Assembly: GCA_005883085.1 (NCBI GenBank)
Contig: VBAY01000106.1
Span: 1 to 48,843, forward strand
Direction of reading: 5' to 3'
Length of the DNA: 48,843 nucleotides
Source: Candidatus Bathyarchaeota archaeon
GTDB lineage: Archaea > Thermoproteota > Bathyarchaeia > 40CM-2-53-6
Part shown: piece after piece, positions 35,452 to 43,263 of the stretch
Numbering within the stretch: the first letter of the stretch is position 1
Layout of the letters: each line of letters begins with the position of its first letter
Notes under the pieces: model-generated
The model's input: the letters and a program-made list of their open reading frames with translations, nothing else
Database searches by the model: none
Told to the model about the DNA's origin: nothing
Translations under genes and position numbers: made by a program

Positions 35452-36345
35452 TCAATTCGACTTGATATGCTCGCGATGCAACACCTCGCAGGCACTCTCA
35501 ATATTAAGAGGGGCTGCGCGAAGTAACTCTTGGGCTCTCCCTACCATCAAGGATGAATCTGCGGGCCTTTTTGCCTTCCATTGTAGATCTCTAGCATGTA
35601 CAGCTTTTATTAGAGTCGAGTCGAGTCCGAACGTCTTGGCAAGCCCGATTGCGAAATCGTAGCGATTCAACCGAGTAGCTCCCGCTGCGTGAATTATTCC
35701 GGGCAATTTACGATCCCCAATTTCGATTAACATCGCGCTCAGGCTTGTGTTTAGGGTAGGACTGGAGAACTGGTCGCGAACCATCCGAATGCTCTCTCCG
35801 TTGGATAATTTTTCGTAGACGAACGTTGCAGCATTGGGCCTACTAGCCCGCCCCCACCCATAGACTACACTTGACCTAGCTATCGACCACATTTCTTCGT
35901 CAAGCAGGTTCATCACAACGTTCTCCCCTTCCAGTTTGGATTCACCGTACTTGTTAACGGGACGTGGTTGGTCATGTTCAGAATAGCCTCCCTTTTCTCC
36001 GTCGAAGACGTAGTCTGTCGACATTTGAATTAGGAATGAGTCCGTTTCCTTGGCCGCATTTGCTAGGTGAGAAACAGCTTCTGCGTTAGCCGAAAATGCG
36101 GCTTCGGGCTCTAGTTCGCACCTGTCGACGTCTGTCATTGCTGCCGTATTGACGACAACATCTGGGTGGAGTTCTGAGAAGGCCTTCCTGACCTCGGTGG
36201 CTTGGGTGAGGTCGAGGGCCAGGGGTTTGCCATGAAAAGGGACATGATCCTTGTAGCCCGAGATAACTTCGTGCCCCTTCTGCAGTGCGAGTTCTACTAG
36301 CCTGTTGCCCAAGAGACCGCTTGCCCCCGTTACCAGGATTCTTAT
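35452..36345 (-). CDS. rmlD: dTDP-4-dehydrorhamnose reductase
   Basis: RmlD-type SDR (…VVNTAAMTDVDRCE…STDYVFDG…PVNKYGESKLEGE…). The ORF-track start (TTG 36312) cuts the Rossmann motif. The frame reads P-I-R-ILVTGASGLLGN from directly after the rmlB TAG, so the real start is upstream of 36336 and non-canonical or obscured. Confidence 0.8.
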   Translation of the reverse strand: MRILVTGASGLLGNRLVELALQKGHEVISGYKDHVPFHGKPLALDLTQATEVRKAFSELHPDVVVNTAAMTDVDRCELEPEAAFSANAEAVSHLANAAKETDSFLIQMSTDYVFDGEKGGYSEHDQPRPVNKYGESKLEGENVVMNLLDEEMWSIARSSVVYGWGRASRPNAATFVYEKLSNGESIRMVRDQFSSPTLNTSLSAMLIEIGDRKLPGIIHAAGATRLNRYDFAIGLAKTFGLDSTLIKAVHARDLQWKAKRPADSSLMVGRAQELLRAAPLNIESACEVLHREHIKSN

Positions 36346-36348
36346 AGG

Positions 36349-37350
36349 CTACCACTTCTCCTTCCACGGTTGTGCCGACAGTACCTTGGAAGATGCCAGG
36401 CCACTCCACCACTTCCTGTTTGCAAGGTACCAGTCTACGGTGAGAGCCAAAGCTTCACGCATAGTCTTCGCCGGTTTCCAGCGTAATTTTCGTCGAGCTT
36501 TACTTGACGAAAGGCTGTATCTGAAATCGTGACCTGGCCTATCCTCAGTTTCGACTAGCATGCTCGGCGATTTTCCAAGTTGTTTCAGGACCGTTTCTGC
36601 TACTTCTCGGTTCGTAAGTTCGTTGCCAGCGGATACGTTGTAGATTTCCCCGGATAGGCCCCTGTCAAGTGCGTGCTCTATCGCAGTGCAAAAATCTCCG
36701 ACGTAAATCCAGTCGCGAATTTGCCTTCCTCCGCCATACAAGGGTATCGGCAAGTTTCTGAGGGCTCTGATGATGGCCTTAGGGATGAATTTCTCGGGAT
36801 GCTGGTAAGGGCCAAAATTGTTTGTGCACCGAAGGATTACAACCGGGATTCGGTAGGTCGCGTACCAGGCTTTAGCGACCATGTCGGCTGCTGCCTTTGT
36901 GGCCGAATAGGGGCTTGACGGGTTCAATTGGCTTTCCTCATCGAAAGACCCTGAATGTATGGACCCGTAGACTTCGTCGGTTGAGATATGCACAATTTTC
37001 TTGACCTTGGTTTTCCGACATGCGTTTAGCAAAGTGAAGGTTCCCGTCACGTTGCTTTGGAGGAATGGGTTGGGTTGGGCTATGCTTCTGTCTACATGCG
37101 TCTCGGCGGCGAAATTGATGACAACGTCGGCATTGTTTGCCAACTTTCGGCAGAGCCTCGGATTTGCGACATTTCCTTTGACAAATCTGTAGCACGGGTT
37201 CCCCCTCAGAGAGTCCAGGTTGGCAGGGTTGCTGGCGTGACCCATGTAGTCAACGTTGACTAGCTGGACCTTCTTCCTCGATTCTAGGACGTGCCTGACG
37301 AAGTTGCTCCCAATGAACCCCAGCCCGCCAGTGACTAGAATCCTTTCCAA
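36349..37350 (-). CDS. rmlB: dTDP-glucose 4,6-dehydratase
   Basis: 333 aa. ILVTGGLGFIGSNFV, NFAAETHVDRS, STDEVYG, YSATKAAAD and RCTNNFGPYQHPEKFIP are hallmark RmlB motifs. Confidence 0.92.
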   Translation of the reverse strand: MERILVTGGLGFIGSNFVRHVLESRKKVQLVNVDYMGHASNPANLDSLRGNPCYRFVKGNVANPRLCRKLANNADVVINFAAETHVDRSIAQPNPFLQSNVTGTFTLLNACRKTKVKKIVHISTDEVYGSIHSGSFDEESQLNPSSPYSATKAAADMVAKAWYATYRIPVVILRCTNNFGPYQHPEKFIPKAIIRALRNLPIPLYGGGRQIRDWIYVGDFCTAIEHALDRGLSGEIYNVSAGNELTNREVAETVLKQLGKSPSMLVETEDRPGHDFRYSLSSSKARRKLRWKPAKTMREALALTVDWYLANRKWWSGLASSKVLSAQPWKEKW

Positions 37351-37393
37351 GACTTCGACCTCTTAGAAGCCAAACGGTTTCTGACCGGACTCT

Positions 37394-37885
37394 TTACTTA
37401 TGGGGGGGTTGGTTCCAGTCGTGTGGTTTCGAAGTTCTTACGTCAACGATGGTTGGATCGTTCCAAGGTCTTCGGTCTTCATCTGGACTCTTTACGTCAT
37501 ACAGACGGTTTACGCAGTATACGGTGAGGGATGGTTTGTCTCCGACAGTCTTCGTTCCATGCCAATAGTTGCCCGGGATTCTAACCACTTGAAGCCTTTC
37601 ACCACTTACAACAACCTCGTCTAGTTGACCCCGAGTAAGTGAGCCGGGCGAGTCATCGTATGCAGAGATCTTTATCGAGCCGCTGAGAACGATGAAGTAG
37701 TCCACTTGACCCCGGTTGTGCCTGTGCCATGCGCGTATCATCCCGGGGAAGCTGTAGGAGAGATTGGCTTGGACAATCGTGTCGTCTCCAAGCAGCTCCC
37801 TCCAATCCTGACGCATGATTTCCGCAAAGAACCCCCTTTCGTCCACATTCTTCTTCAAATCCTGAACCTTCACTCCGGGAAGCAT
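37394..37885 (-). CDS. rmlC: dTDP-4-dehydrorhamnose 3,5-epimerase-like cupin
   Basis: 163 aa. DERGFFAE, RAWHRH.RGQVDYFIV and GNYWHG are cupin/RmlC-related motifs. Confidence 0.8.
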   Translation of the reverse strand: MLPGVKVQDLKKNVDERGFFAEIMRQDWRELLGDDTIVQANLSYSFPGMIRAWHRHNRGQVDYFIVLSGSIKISAYDDSPGSLTRGQLDEVVVSGERLQVVRIPGNYWHGTKTVGDKPSLTVYCVNRLYDVKSPDEDRRPWNDPTIVDVRTSKPHDWNQPPHK

Positions 37886-37918
37886 AATGGTCCCAAGGGT
37901 ACGTGGGGCTAATAAATT

Positions 37919-39460
37919 TCAGGGCGTCGATGTAGCCAACTCTCTGTGCACTGGGCCCAACTGCCTCTTTTCTTGAAACCTCGGCCCCAGAATTCTGGAA
38001 AGGTTCATCGATTTCAGCGTCAAGACTCCGAATCCAGCAAGTGACAGAAAGAGAACCCACACGCCTTCTGCTAACACTATTAGACCAATGCCGATGGCAA
38101 GGCTGGCCAAGACTGTTTCTGCAATGGCGATTCTATCATGCTGGACGTCGCGGAAGTACTGCTTACTTCCCTCATTACTTTCCACCCCGCTTTTTGGTGT
38201 TCGGAAAAAGAACCCCGGTTTTCCTCTGATGCCCTGCAAGAAGCCGATGCAGATGGCTGTGGTCATGCACAGGCTGGTATAGGAAATGAGAGGGAGGAGG
38301 AGCAGATTCTTTGCAGTCATTATCCTCTGCACGTAGAGCGCGTAAGCGCCTGAAAGAAAGAAGGTGATGAGAGGTAGTGTTACTATGGTCACATAAATTG
38401 GGCTAGCAAATATCGAGTTTGCGGGCGCGCTGAATCCGAGGATAAGCCCGATTGCGGAGACGAACGTGACCACAATCCAGCTAAGTGCCGAGAAAGGTCC
38501 CAATAGAAAGAGCAACAGCGCGACCCTCCTCCAAGGAGAGAGCTTGCGAGATCCAAGAATTGTTCGCCAGTTTGACCTGGCGCATTTAGTCCAGCCCTGG
38601 GCCACTCTCGCAACTTGCTTCTTCCAGACCTCAAGGTTCGAGGGATCTTCACCAAAGACCTTCACATCGCTCAGGTACACGCCTCGCCATCCTGCCGAGT
38701 ATATCTTGCACGAGAGGTCGGCATCGTCCACAATTGAGTCATTCGTCCAATACCCCACCTCTCCTAGAATATCTGCTGATACAATCGTAAAACCCCCTTG
38801 AAACGAATAGGGGGCGTCCAAAACGTAGGACCCCATCTTGGTTATAGTATCTCCTTGGTCCTGAGATAGAGCATACAGTCGTGTGATCAGGTTTTGTTCA
38901 CGGTTGTAGTGGCCGACCCGGAACGAAACGAACGCTATTCTGGGATCTAATCTGAAGGCTGCCAGTCCGCGGGATAGCGAGGCTGATGTGACTGTTGAGT
39001 CGGCGTCTAGGAGTAGGACGTACTCGCCCTTCAAGAGAGGAGCTGCTTGGTTCAGTGCACCGCTCTTGAATCCCTCACGAGTGTTTCGCCGTGATACGCA
39101 AGCGATAATGCCTGAAAAATTCAGTTCTTCTATCTTCTTGTCTATCAAGCTCCTCGTGTCATCTGTGGAGTCGTCAGCGACAACGACCTGAAGCCTTCCC
39201 GCGGGGTAGTCCAGACTCTTGACCGCGTCAAGTGTTCGGGCGATCACGAACTTCTCGTTGTAAGTAGCGATTAGAACACTAACTAGGGGAAAGCTCTCGC
39301 TCGCGGGGCTGAGATTTCCTAAGAATCTCGGATATCGAAGCGAGCTGACAAACAGGATCATCGTGTAGTAGGACGACAGTAGAACTGGAATGCTGAAAGC
39401 CAAGGAAATCGTTGCGACCACAACCCAGGGCTCTATCACGAACCATCTGCCGAGAACCAA
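37919..39460 (-). CDS. processive multi-TM GT2 polysaccharide synthase (CslA/cellulose-synthase-like)
   Basis: 513 aa with a TTG start. N-terminal TM, then VSVLIATYNE, VVADDSTDDT, LLLDADS, DSIVDDADLSCKIYSAGWRGVYL (TED-like), KKQVARVAQGW (a QxxRW-like variant), then about 4-5 C-terminal TM helices. Confidence 0.85.
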   Translation of the reverse strand: MVLGRWFVIEPWVVVATISLAFSIPVLLSSYYTMILFVSSLRYPRFLGNLSPASESFPLVSVLIATYNEKFVIARTLDAVKSLDYPAGRLQVVVADDSTDDTRSLIDKKIEELNFSGIIACVSRRNTREGFKSGALNQAAPLLKGEYVLLLDADSTVTSASLSRGLAAFRLDPRIAFVSFRVGHYNREQNLITRLYALSQDQGDTITKMGSYVLDAPYSFQGGFTIVSADILGEVGYWTNDSIVDDADLSCKIYSAGWRGVYLSDVKVFGEDPSNLEVWKKQVARVAQGWTKCARSNWRTILGSRKLSPWRRVALLLFLLGPFSALSWIVVTFVSAIGLILGFSAPANSIFASPIYVTIVTLPLITFFLSGAYALYVQRIMTAKNLLLLPLISYTSLCMTTAICIGFLQGIRGKPGFFFRTPKSGVESNEGSKQYFRDVQHDRIAIAETVLASLAIGIGLIVLAEGVWVLFLSLAGFGVLTLKSMNLSRILGPRFQEKRQLGPVHRELATSTP

Positions 39461-39581
39461 GGAGCTACGCGGAGGATTTTATGGTTGGCGAAAGCTTCCA
39501 AAGCGAGGATTCCTTTCATTAGGTTCCAACACGCACGGCACGACACACGAGCTGAAGGCTAGGGTTTGCGATTGGGGTTGC

Positions 39582-40118
39582 CTATTCAACCTGAATAGCT
39601 CGTGTGGGTCTCTTTTCGTCGCTCTTTGTGAACCTAACTTCGAGGACACCGTTCTTGTAAGTGGCCTTGGCTGTCCTTGGATCAACAAGGTGCGGCAGTT
39701 CCATTTCTTTGAAGTAACGTCTCTTCGCTGCTTCTACCGCTATCTTCAATGCTCTATCTGTGGATTCCAGTTTGATATCGTCCTTCTCTACCCCCGGAAG
39801 TTCTGTCACTACGACCACTTCGTTTCCCTCTTGTAACACATCCACGAGTGGTTCCCTCTCCTCTTTCACGAGAGGACCTCTAGAACTCGGCTCCACATTT
39901 CCAAACTCTCGAATTACCGGTTTACCATCTTCTCCGACAGACATTGAGAATCCATAGACGAAAGGTTGTGGTCCCTCGCTTGCCTTCGGCATCTCTATCG
40001 CTTTCCGCATCATCTCGTCCATCAACCGGTCCATACGATCCATTTCCTCAAAGATATCGAACCACCAACCTGACCGGCGAGGACGTTTCTTTCTGGTTGA
40101 GTCTCTACTGTGAGCCAT
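39582..40118 (-). CDS. hsp20: small heat-shock protein (Hsp20/alpha-crystallin family)
   Basis: 178 aa. Alpha-crystallin domain: VDVLQEGNEVVVVTELPGVEKDDIKLE…FKEMELPHLVDPRTAKATYKNGVLEVRFTK. Confidence 0.9.
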   Translation of the reverse strand: MAHSRDSTRKKRPRRSGWWFDIFEEMDRMDRLMDEMMRKAIEMPKASEGPQPFVYGFSMSVGEDGKPVIREFGNVEPSSRGPLVKEEREPLVDVLQEGNEVVVVTELPGVEKDDIKLESTDRALKIAVEAAKRRYFKEMELPHLVDPRTAKATYKNGVLEVRFTKSDEKRPTRAIQVE

Positions 40119-40146
40119 AATAGACCAATCGAGAATATTTCAGGAG

Positions 40147-40153
40147 CTATATT
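40147..40153 (-). promoter_or_regulatory. TATA-like box (AATATAG on minus strand) upstream of hsp20
   Basis: The motif lies about 30 nt upstream of ATG 40118, in the 59-nt gap after uL30. This is consistent with an independent near-leaderless hsp20 transcript. Confidence 0.3.
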
Positions 40154-40177
40154 GGAGTTTGCGCTACCACGTCGAGG

Positions 40178-40672
40178 CTAGATCATTCGCTTGACGAGGC
40201 GGTTGATATCTTCGCCCCTGTAGCCAAGCTCTCCCCCGTCAGTTGCCGCTCGTCTCGTGCTTCGCTTGAAGCCGCCTCTTGGTGGGTGGAGTCTGAATCT
40301 TGGTTTTACGCCAGCAAGCCAAAGCTCTTTGACACCAATCTCTCCGGCGACAACTGCTCTTGCGAGTTCTGCGATATTCTCTTTCTTGAAGAAGACTTTC
40401 GCGAATTCATCGTCGAATTCCTTGTTTCCCTCTCTCTCCGCCCTCTTCCGCAGCATTCCCTCTAGCACCTCCGGGTTAACCTGGCCCCATGCGACCAAGT
40501 TCTTCACGGCCCGCAACATACCCAAAGTCGATGGGCTATTTTCCAGGAGACGCGCTCGGAAGGTACTCTCCATCTTCAAAGTCTCCATAGTCTTTCTGAT
40601 ATCAGGGTTATCGGTTGCTGTTCCGCGGATGCGTACCGCGAGGATGACAGGTCGCTTGTCAGATTCTGCCAA
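40178..40672 (-). CDS. rpl30: 50S ribosomal protein uL30
   Basis: The conserved part starts LAESDKRPVILAVRIRGTA…. TTG 40672 sits 2 nt after the uS5 stop. The longer ORF-track start (40954) lies inside uS5 in another frame. Confidence 0.9.
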   Translation of the reverse strand: MAESDKRPVILAVRIRGTATDNPDIRKTMETLKMESTFRARLLENSPSTLGMLRAVKNLVAWGQVNPEVLEGMLRKRAEREGNKEFDDEFAKVFFKKENIAELARAVVAGEIGVKELWLAGVKPRFRLHPPRGGFKRSTRRAATDGGELGYRGEDINRLVKRMI

Positions 40673-40674
40673 TC

Positions 40675-41331
40675 TTACGCCACCCAGTCCTGTTGCGTTA
40701 CGACATTGTAGGTCTGCACCAAGGCGTCGAACACTGCAAGCGCGGAAGAGGTAAGTGTTGATGTGGACCCGTAGGTTCGTGTCCAGCAATCCTTGACTCC
40801 AGCCAGCCTCAAGACTTGTTTCGGTATCTCGCCAGCTACTAGTCCGAGTCCTCTCGGGCTTGGAAGAACGTGAACTCTCACACTCCCACACTTCCCCACA
40901 ACGCCGAACGGTACGGTGTGGGCTCTGCCGCATCGGCATTCCCAGCTTCCACACCCCCGCCGAACCGGAACAACGTTGAGCTTTGCCTGTATCGTCCCTT
41001 TGTCGATGGCTGTACGGACCTGCCGTGCTTTTCCTTCTCCGACACCAATGTAGCCATCGCCATTCCCGACCGCGACTATGGCTCGGAATCTCGACCTTTC
41101 GCCAGCGTCAGTCTGTTTCTGGACAAAGCCGATCCCCAGGACCTCCTGCTGGATGTTCGGCAATAGCGTGTCAACGATCTCCGGCTCTTTGATCCTCATT
41201 CCTTGGGTGAATATCTCTTCCATTGAGACGATCTCGCCTGCTTGGACGAGTTTTCCGAGCTTGGTCTTTGGGACCCATCCGACCTCCTGACCGGGTCTCT
41301 GACTGCCCCCCTGGTATGGTCTCTGGCTCAT
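40675..41331 (-). CDS. rps5: 30S ribosomal protein uS5
   Basis: 218 aa. …RFRAIVAVGNGDGYIGVGEGKARQV…VPVRRGCGSWEC…GSVRVHVLPSPRGLGLVAG…. Confidence 0.95.
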   Translation of the reverse strand: MSQRPYQGGSQRPGQEVGWVPKTKLGKLVQAGEIVSMEEIFTQGMRIKEPEIVDTLLPNIQQEVLGIGFVQKQTDAGERSRFRAIVAVGNGDGYIGVGEGKARQVRTAIDKGTIQAKLNVVPVRRGCGSWECRCGRAHTVPFGVVGKCGSVRVHVLPSPRGLGLVAGEIPKQVLRLAGVKDCWTRTYGSTSTLTSSALAVFDALVQTYNVVTQQDWVA

Positions 41332-41927
41332 GCTTTCGCCTCAATAGGTGCTGATTGAATCTGTTGTCGGACCTGTTCGAAATGGTTGGAGAGTTCTTCA
41401 GGCTTTAAACCGCGTTTTAGATATCCGCTGAAGGTTTTCCGGTAAACGTCTGTCTCACCGGAAAGCTTCTTTGCGTACTCGGAAATGTGAGCTCCGCCAA
41501 TCCGACCCTTGTCGGGTAGTGGACCGTCGGAGTGGGGGACCTGGAGCCCTGCGTCCGAGAGACCCTTCAGGACAGCAAACAATTTGGAACCTTTAGTTGA
41601 GGATTTCAAGCCGATATCAAGGACAGCCTCTTTGACTCCCTTCGCTATGGCGCGGCGCGCGGCCAGTGTCCCGGTTAGATAGGCTGAGGGGATATTACCT
41701 GATGCTCCCTTCCATCCCATTTTTGCAAGCTCCTTGGACGATGCAGCGGCTCGCACGATATCCCCGCGAAGCTCCGCATCTGTTATCTGGACATAAACAT
41801 ACTTGTTAGTTACCCGAACAACGGCTCTCGGTTTCCCTGACCGGACGAGAGCTCGACGAAGCTTGTAGTCCGTCCTACCTTCTCGTCTGCGCCTGAACCG
41901 AACTGAGTATCGTGGACCGTCAGCCAT
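41328..41927 (-). CDS. rpl18: 50S ribosomal protein uL18
   Basis: 199 aa. RFRRRREGRTDYKLRRALV…PRAVVRVTNKYVYVQI…. Confidence 0.95.
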   Translation of the reverse strand: MADGPRYSVRFRRRREGRTDYKLRRALVRSGKPRAVVRVTNKYVYVQITDAELRGDIVRAAASSKELAKMGWKGASGNIPSAYLTGTLAARRAIAKGVKEAVLDIGLKSSTKGSKLFAVLKGLSDAGLQVPHSDGPLPDKGRIGGAHISEYAKKLSGETDVYRKTFSGYLKRGLKPEELSNHFEQVRQQIQSAPIEAKA

Positions 41928-41930
41928 CGC

Positions 41931-42674
41931 CTAGCGCTTCCTCTGCAACCGGTGCGCCTTTACATACTCATCGACATGCGAGCGGCTTCGGAACGCCCCT
42001 CCTTTCGACATGCCCAACAGAAGCTTGTAACTGGCAGGAGCCAATTGTCTCTTGTCTCTCAAGAACCGGAGATGTCGTCGGATCGCTCTGATCTTCAACA
42101 CCCAAGCTTCCTTGCCAGGATTCTGCCCGCCCTTGCGGCTGCCAGCTTTCTTTCGTCGGCCGGATTTCAATCGGTGGCGTCCTCTGCTAACCCCTTTCTT
42201 CTGAAGCAGACGAATCCTTCCGCTGTCGATAAGCGACTTGACCTCCTGACGAGTAATGGCAGACTCGACCCTGGTTGTCTCTTCCGGGTCTATCCAGATC
42301 GGCTCTTCCGATGTAACGGGTCTCTCTTCTTCCTTTCCTGGGTTGGCGATGTGGAGGCTCCGTTGGCGTAGCTCGTTAAGCAATGCTAGTCTTTTTCTCT
42401 CTCCGACCCGGGCGGAGATTCTAACAATGTGGACCTTCGGGTCCAGTCCTTCAAGCTCTGACAATCTATGAATGAGACGTTCCTGTAGGCCTTGCGGGTG
42501 CAGACCTCTCGTCGCCGCCGCGGTCCCGTATCCCACCTTGACTTTTGCGGGCCAGCCCGCTTCTTCCTTTCTCATCTTGCTGGTTACGCCACGGGCTCGC
42601 CTCCACGCGGGCTTGACGCGTTTGTACCGCCAGCTTTCTTGCCGGTTGAACGCGGGCTTGCTGTTGTTCGCCAT
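41931..42674 (-). CDS. rpl32e-rpl19e: single ORF combining ribosomal proteins eL32 (N-terminal ~112 aa) and eL19 (C-terminal ~123 aa, lacking the usual eL19 N-terminus)
   Basis: eL32 part: FNRQESWRYKRVKPAWRRARGVTSKMR…GYGTAAATRGLHP…VRISARVGERKR…LHIANP. Linker: GKEEERPVTSEE. eL19 part: PIWIDPEETTRVESAITRQEVKSLIDSGRIRLLQKKGVSRGR…IRAIRRHLRFLRDKRQL…YKLLLGMSKGGAFRSRSHVDEYV. Confidence 0.85.
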   Translation of the reverse strand: MANNSKPAFNRQESWRYKRVKPAWRRARGVTSKMRKEEAGWPAKVKVGYGTAAATRGLHPQGLQERLIHRLSELEGLDPKVHIVRISARVGERKRLALLNELRQRSLHIANPGKEEERPVTSEEPIWIDPEETTRVESAITRQEVKSLIDSGRIRLLQKKGVSRGRHRLKSGRRKKAGSRKGGQNPGKEAWVLKIRAIRRHLRFLRDKRQLAPASYKLLLGMSKGGAFRSRSHVDEYVKAHRLQRKR

Positions 42675-42675
42675 T

Positions 42676-43263
42676 CTACTTCACTTTCGACGGTCCGGCG
42701 GGCGTCTCTAGGCTGGTCTTTGTGTCAATGTAAATGCCGTCTAGGAAGACGCGGAGATCTTTCTTCTTGATCTTTGTCGAGTTCTGTATGTTGGCTGCGG
42801 TCTGGCTTACGGCTTTGATGTCTATTCCCTCAACCGTGATATCGTCGCCTTTCACAGCAACTTTCACCCCGTCAAGTATCTGGGCGGACCGGGGTGTTTT
42901 CTCGCCGGTAAAGTTCTCGACCTTGAGCGCCTTTGCCTTTTCGTCGACCTTTACGGTGACCGGGAAGTGAGCATACACGGTTCTGAGATTGTACCTGTAG
43001 CCCTTTGTCACTCCTCTGATCATGTTTCGCACATGCGCTGCCGCTGTTCCCAGCATTCCGATCTCTCGCTTGCGAGGCCAGGTGACTGAGACCTGGACTT
43101 CTCGACCGGTCTGGGTGATCGTTACGGGTAGGTGAGATAGATCTTCTTGGAGGGCTCCGAGCGGGCCTTTGACCTTGACGGTCTTCCCTTCAACTCCTAC
43201 TGTGACGCCGTCTGGAACTTGAATCGTGCGTTGGAGGGTTTCGAAGCGTGCCATGCTGTCCAC
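42676..43263 (-). CDS. rpl6: 50S ribosomal protein uL6
   Basis: 195 aa. …VEGKTVKVKGPLG…YAHFPVTVKV…VENFTGEKTPR…. Confidence 0.95.
   Translation of the reverse strand: MDSMARFETLQRTIQVPDGVTVGVEGKTVKVKGPLGALQEDLSHLPVTITQTGREVQVSVTWPRKREIGMLGTAAAHVRNMIRGVTKGYRYNLRTVYAHFPVTVKVDEKAKALKVENFTGEKTPRSAQILDGVKVAVKGDDITVEGIDIKAVSQTAANIQNSTKIKKKDLRVFLDGIYIDTKTSLETPAGPSKVK

Noticed and set aside
36086-36412. 108-aa ORF spanning the rmlB/rmlD junction
   Set aside because: It is an alternative frame of two well-supported SDR genes, with R/G/P-rich composition. It is relevant only because its GTG (36355) could be the true rmlD start if an indel is present.
40673-40954. Long N-terminal extension of the uL30 ORF (track start 40954, 258 aa)
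   Set aside because: The extension lies entirely inside uS5 in another frame and is not protein-like. Conserved uL30 sequence begins at TTG 40672, 2 nt after the uS5 stop.
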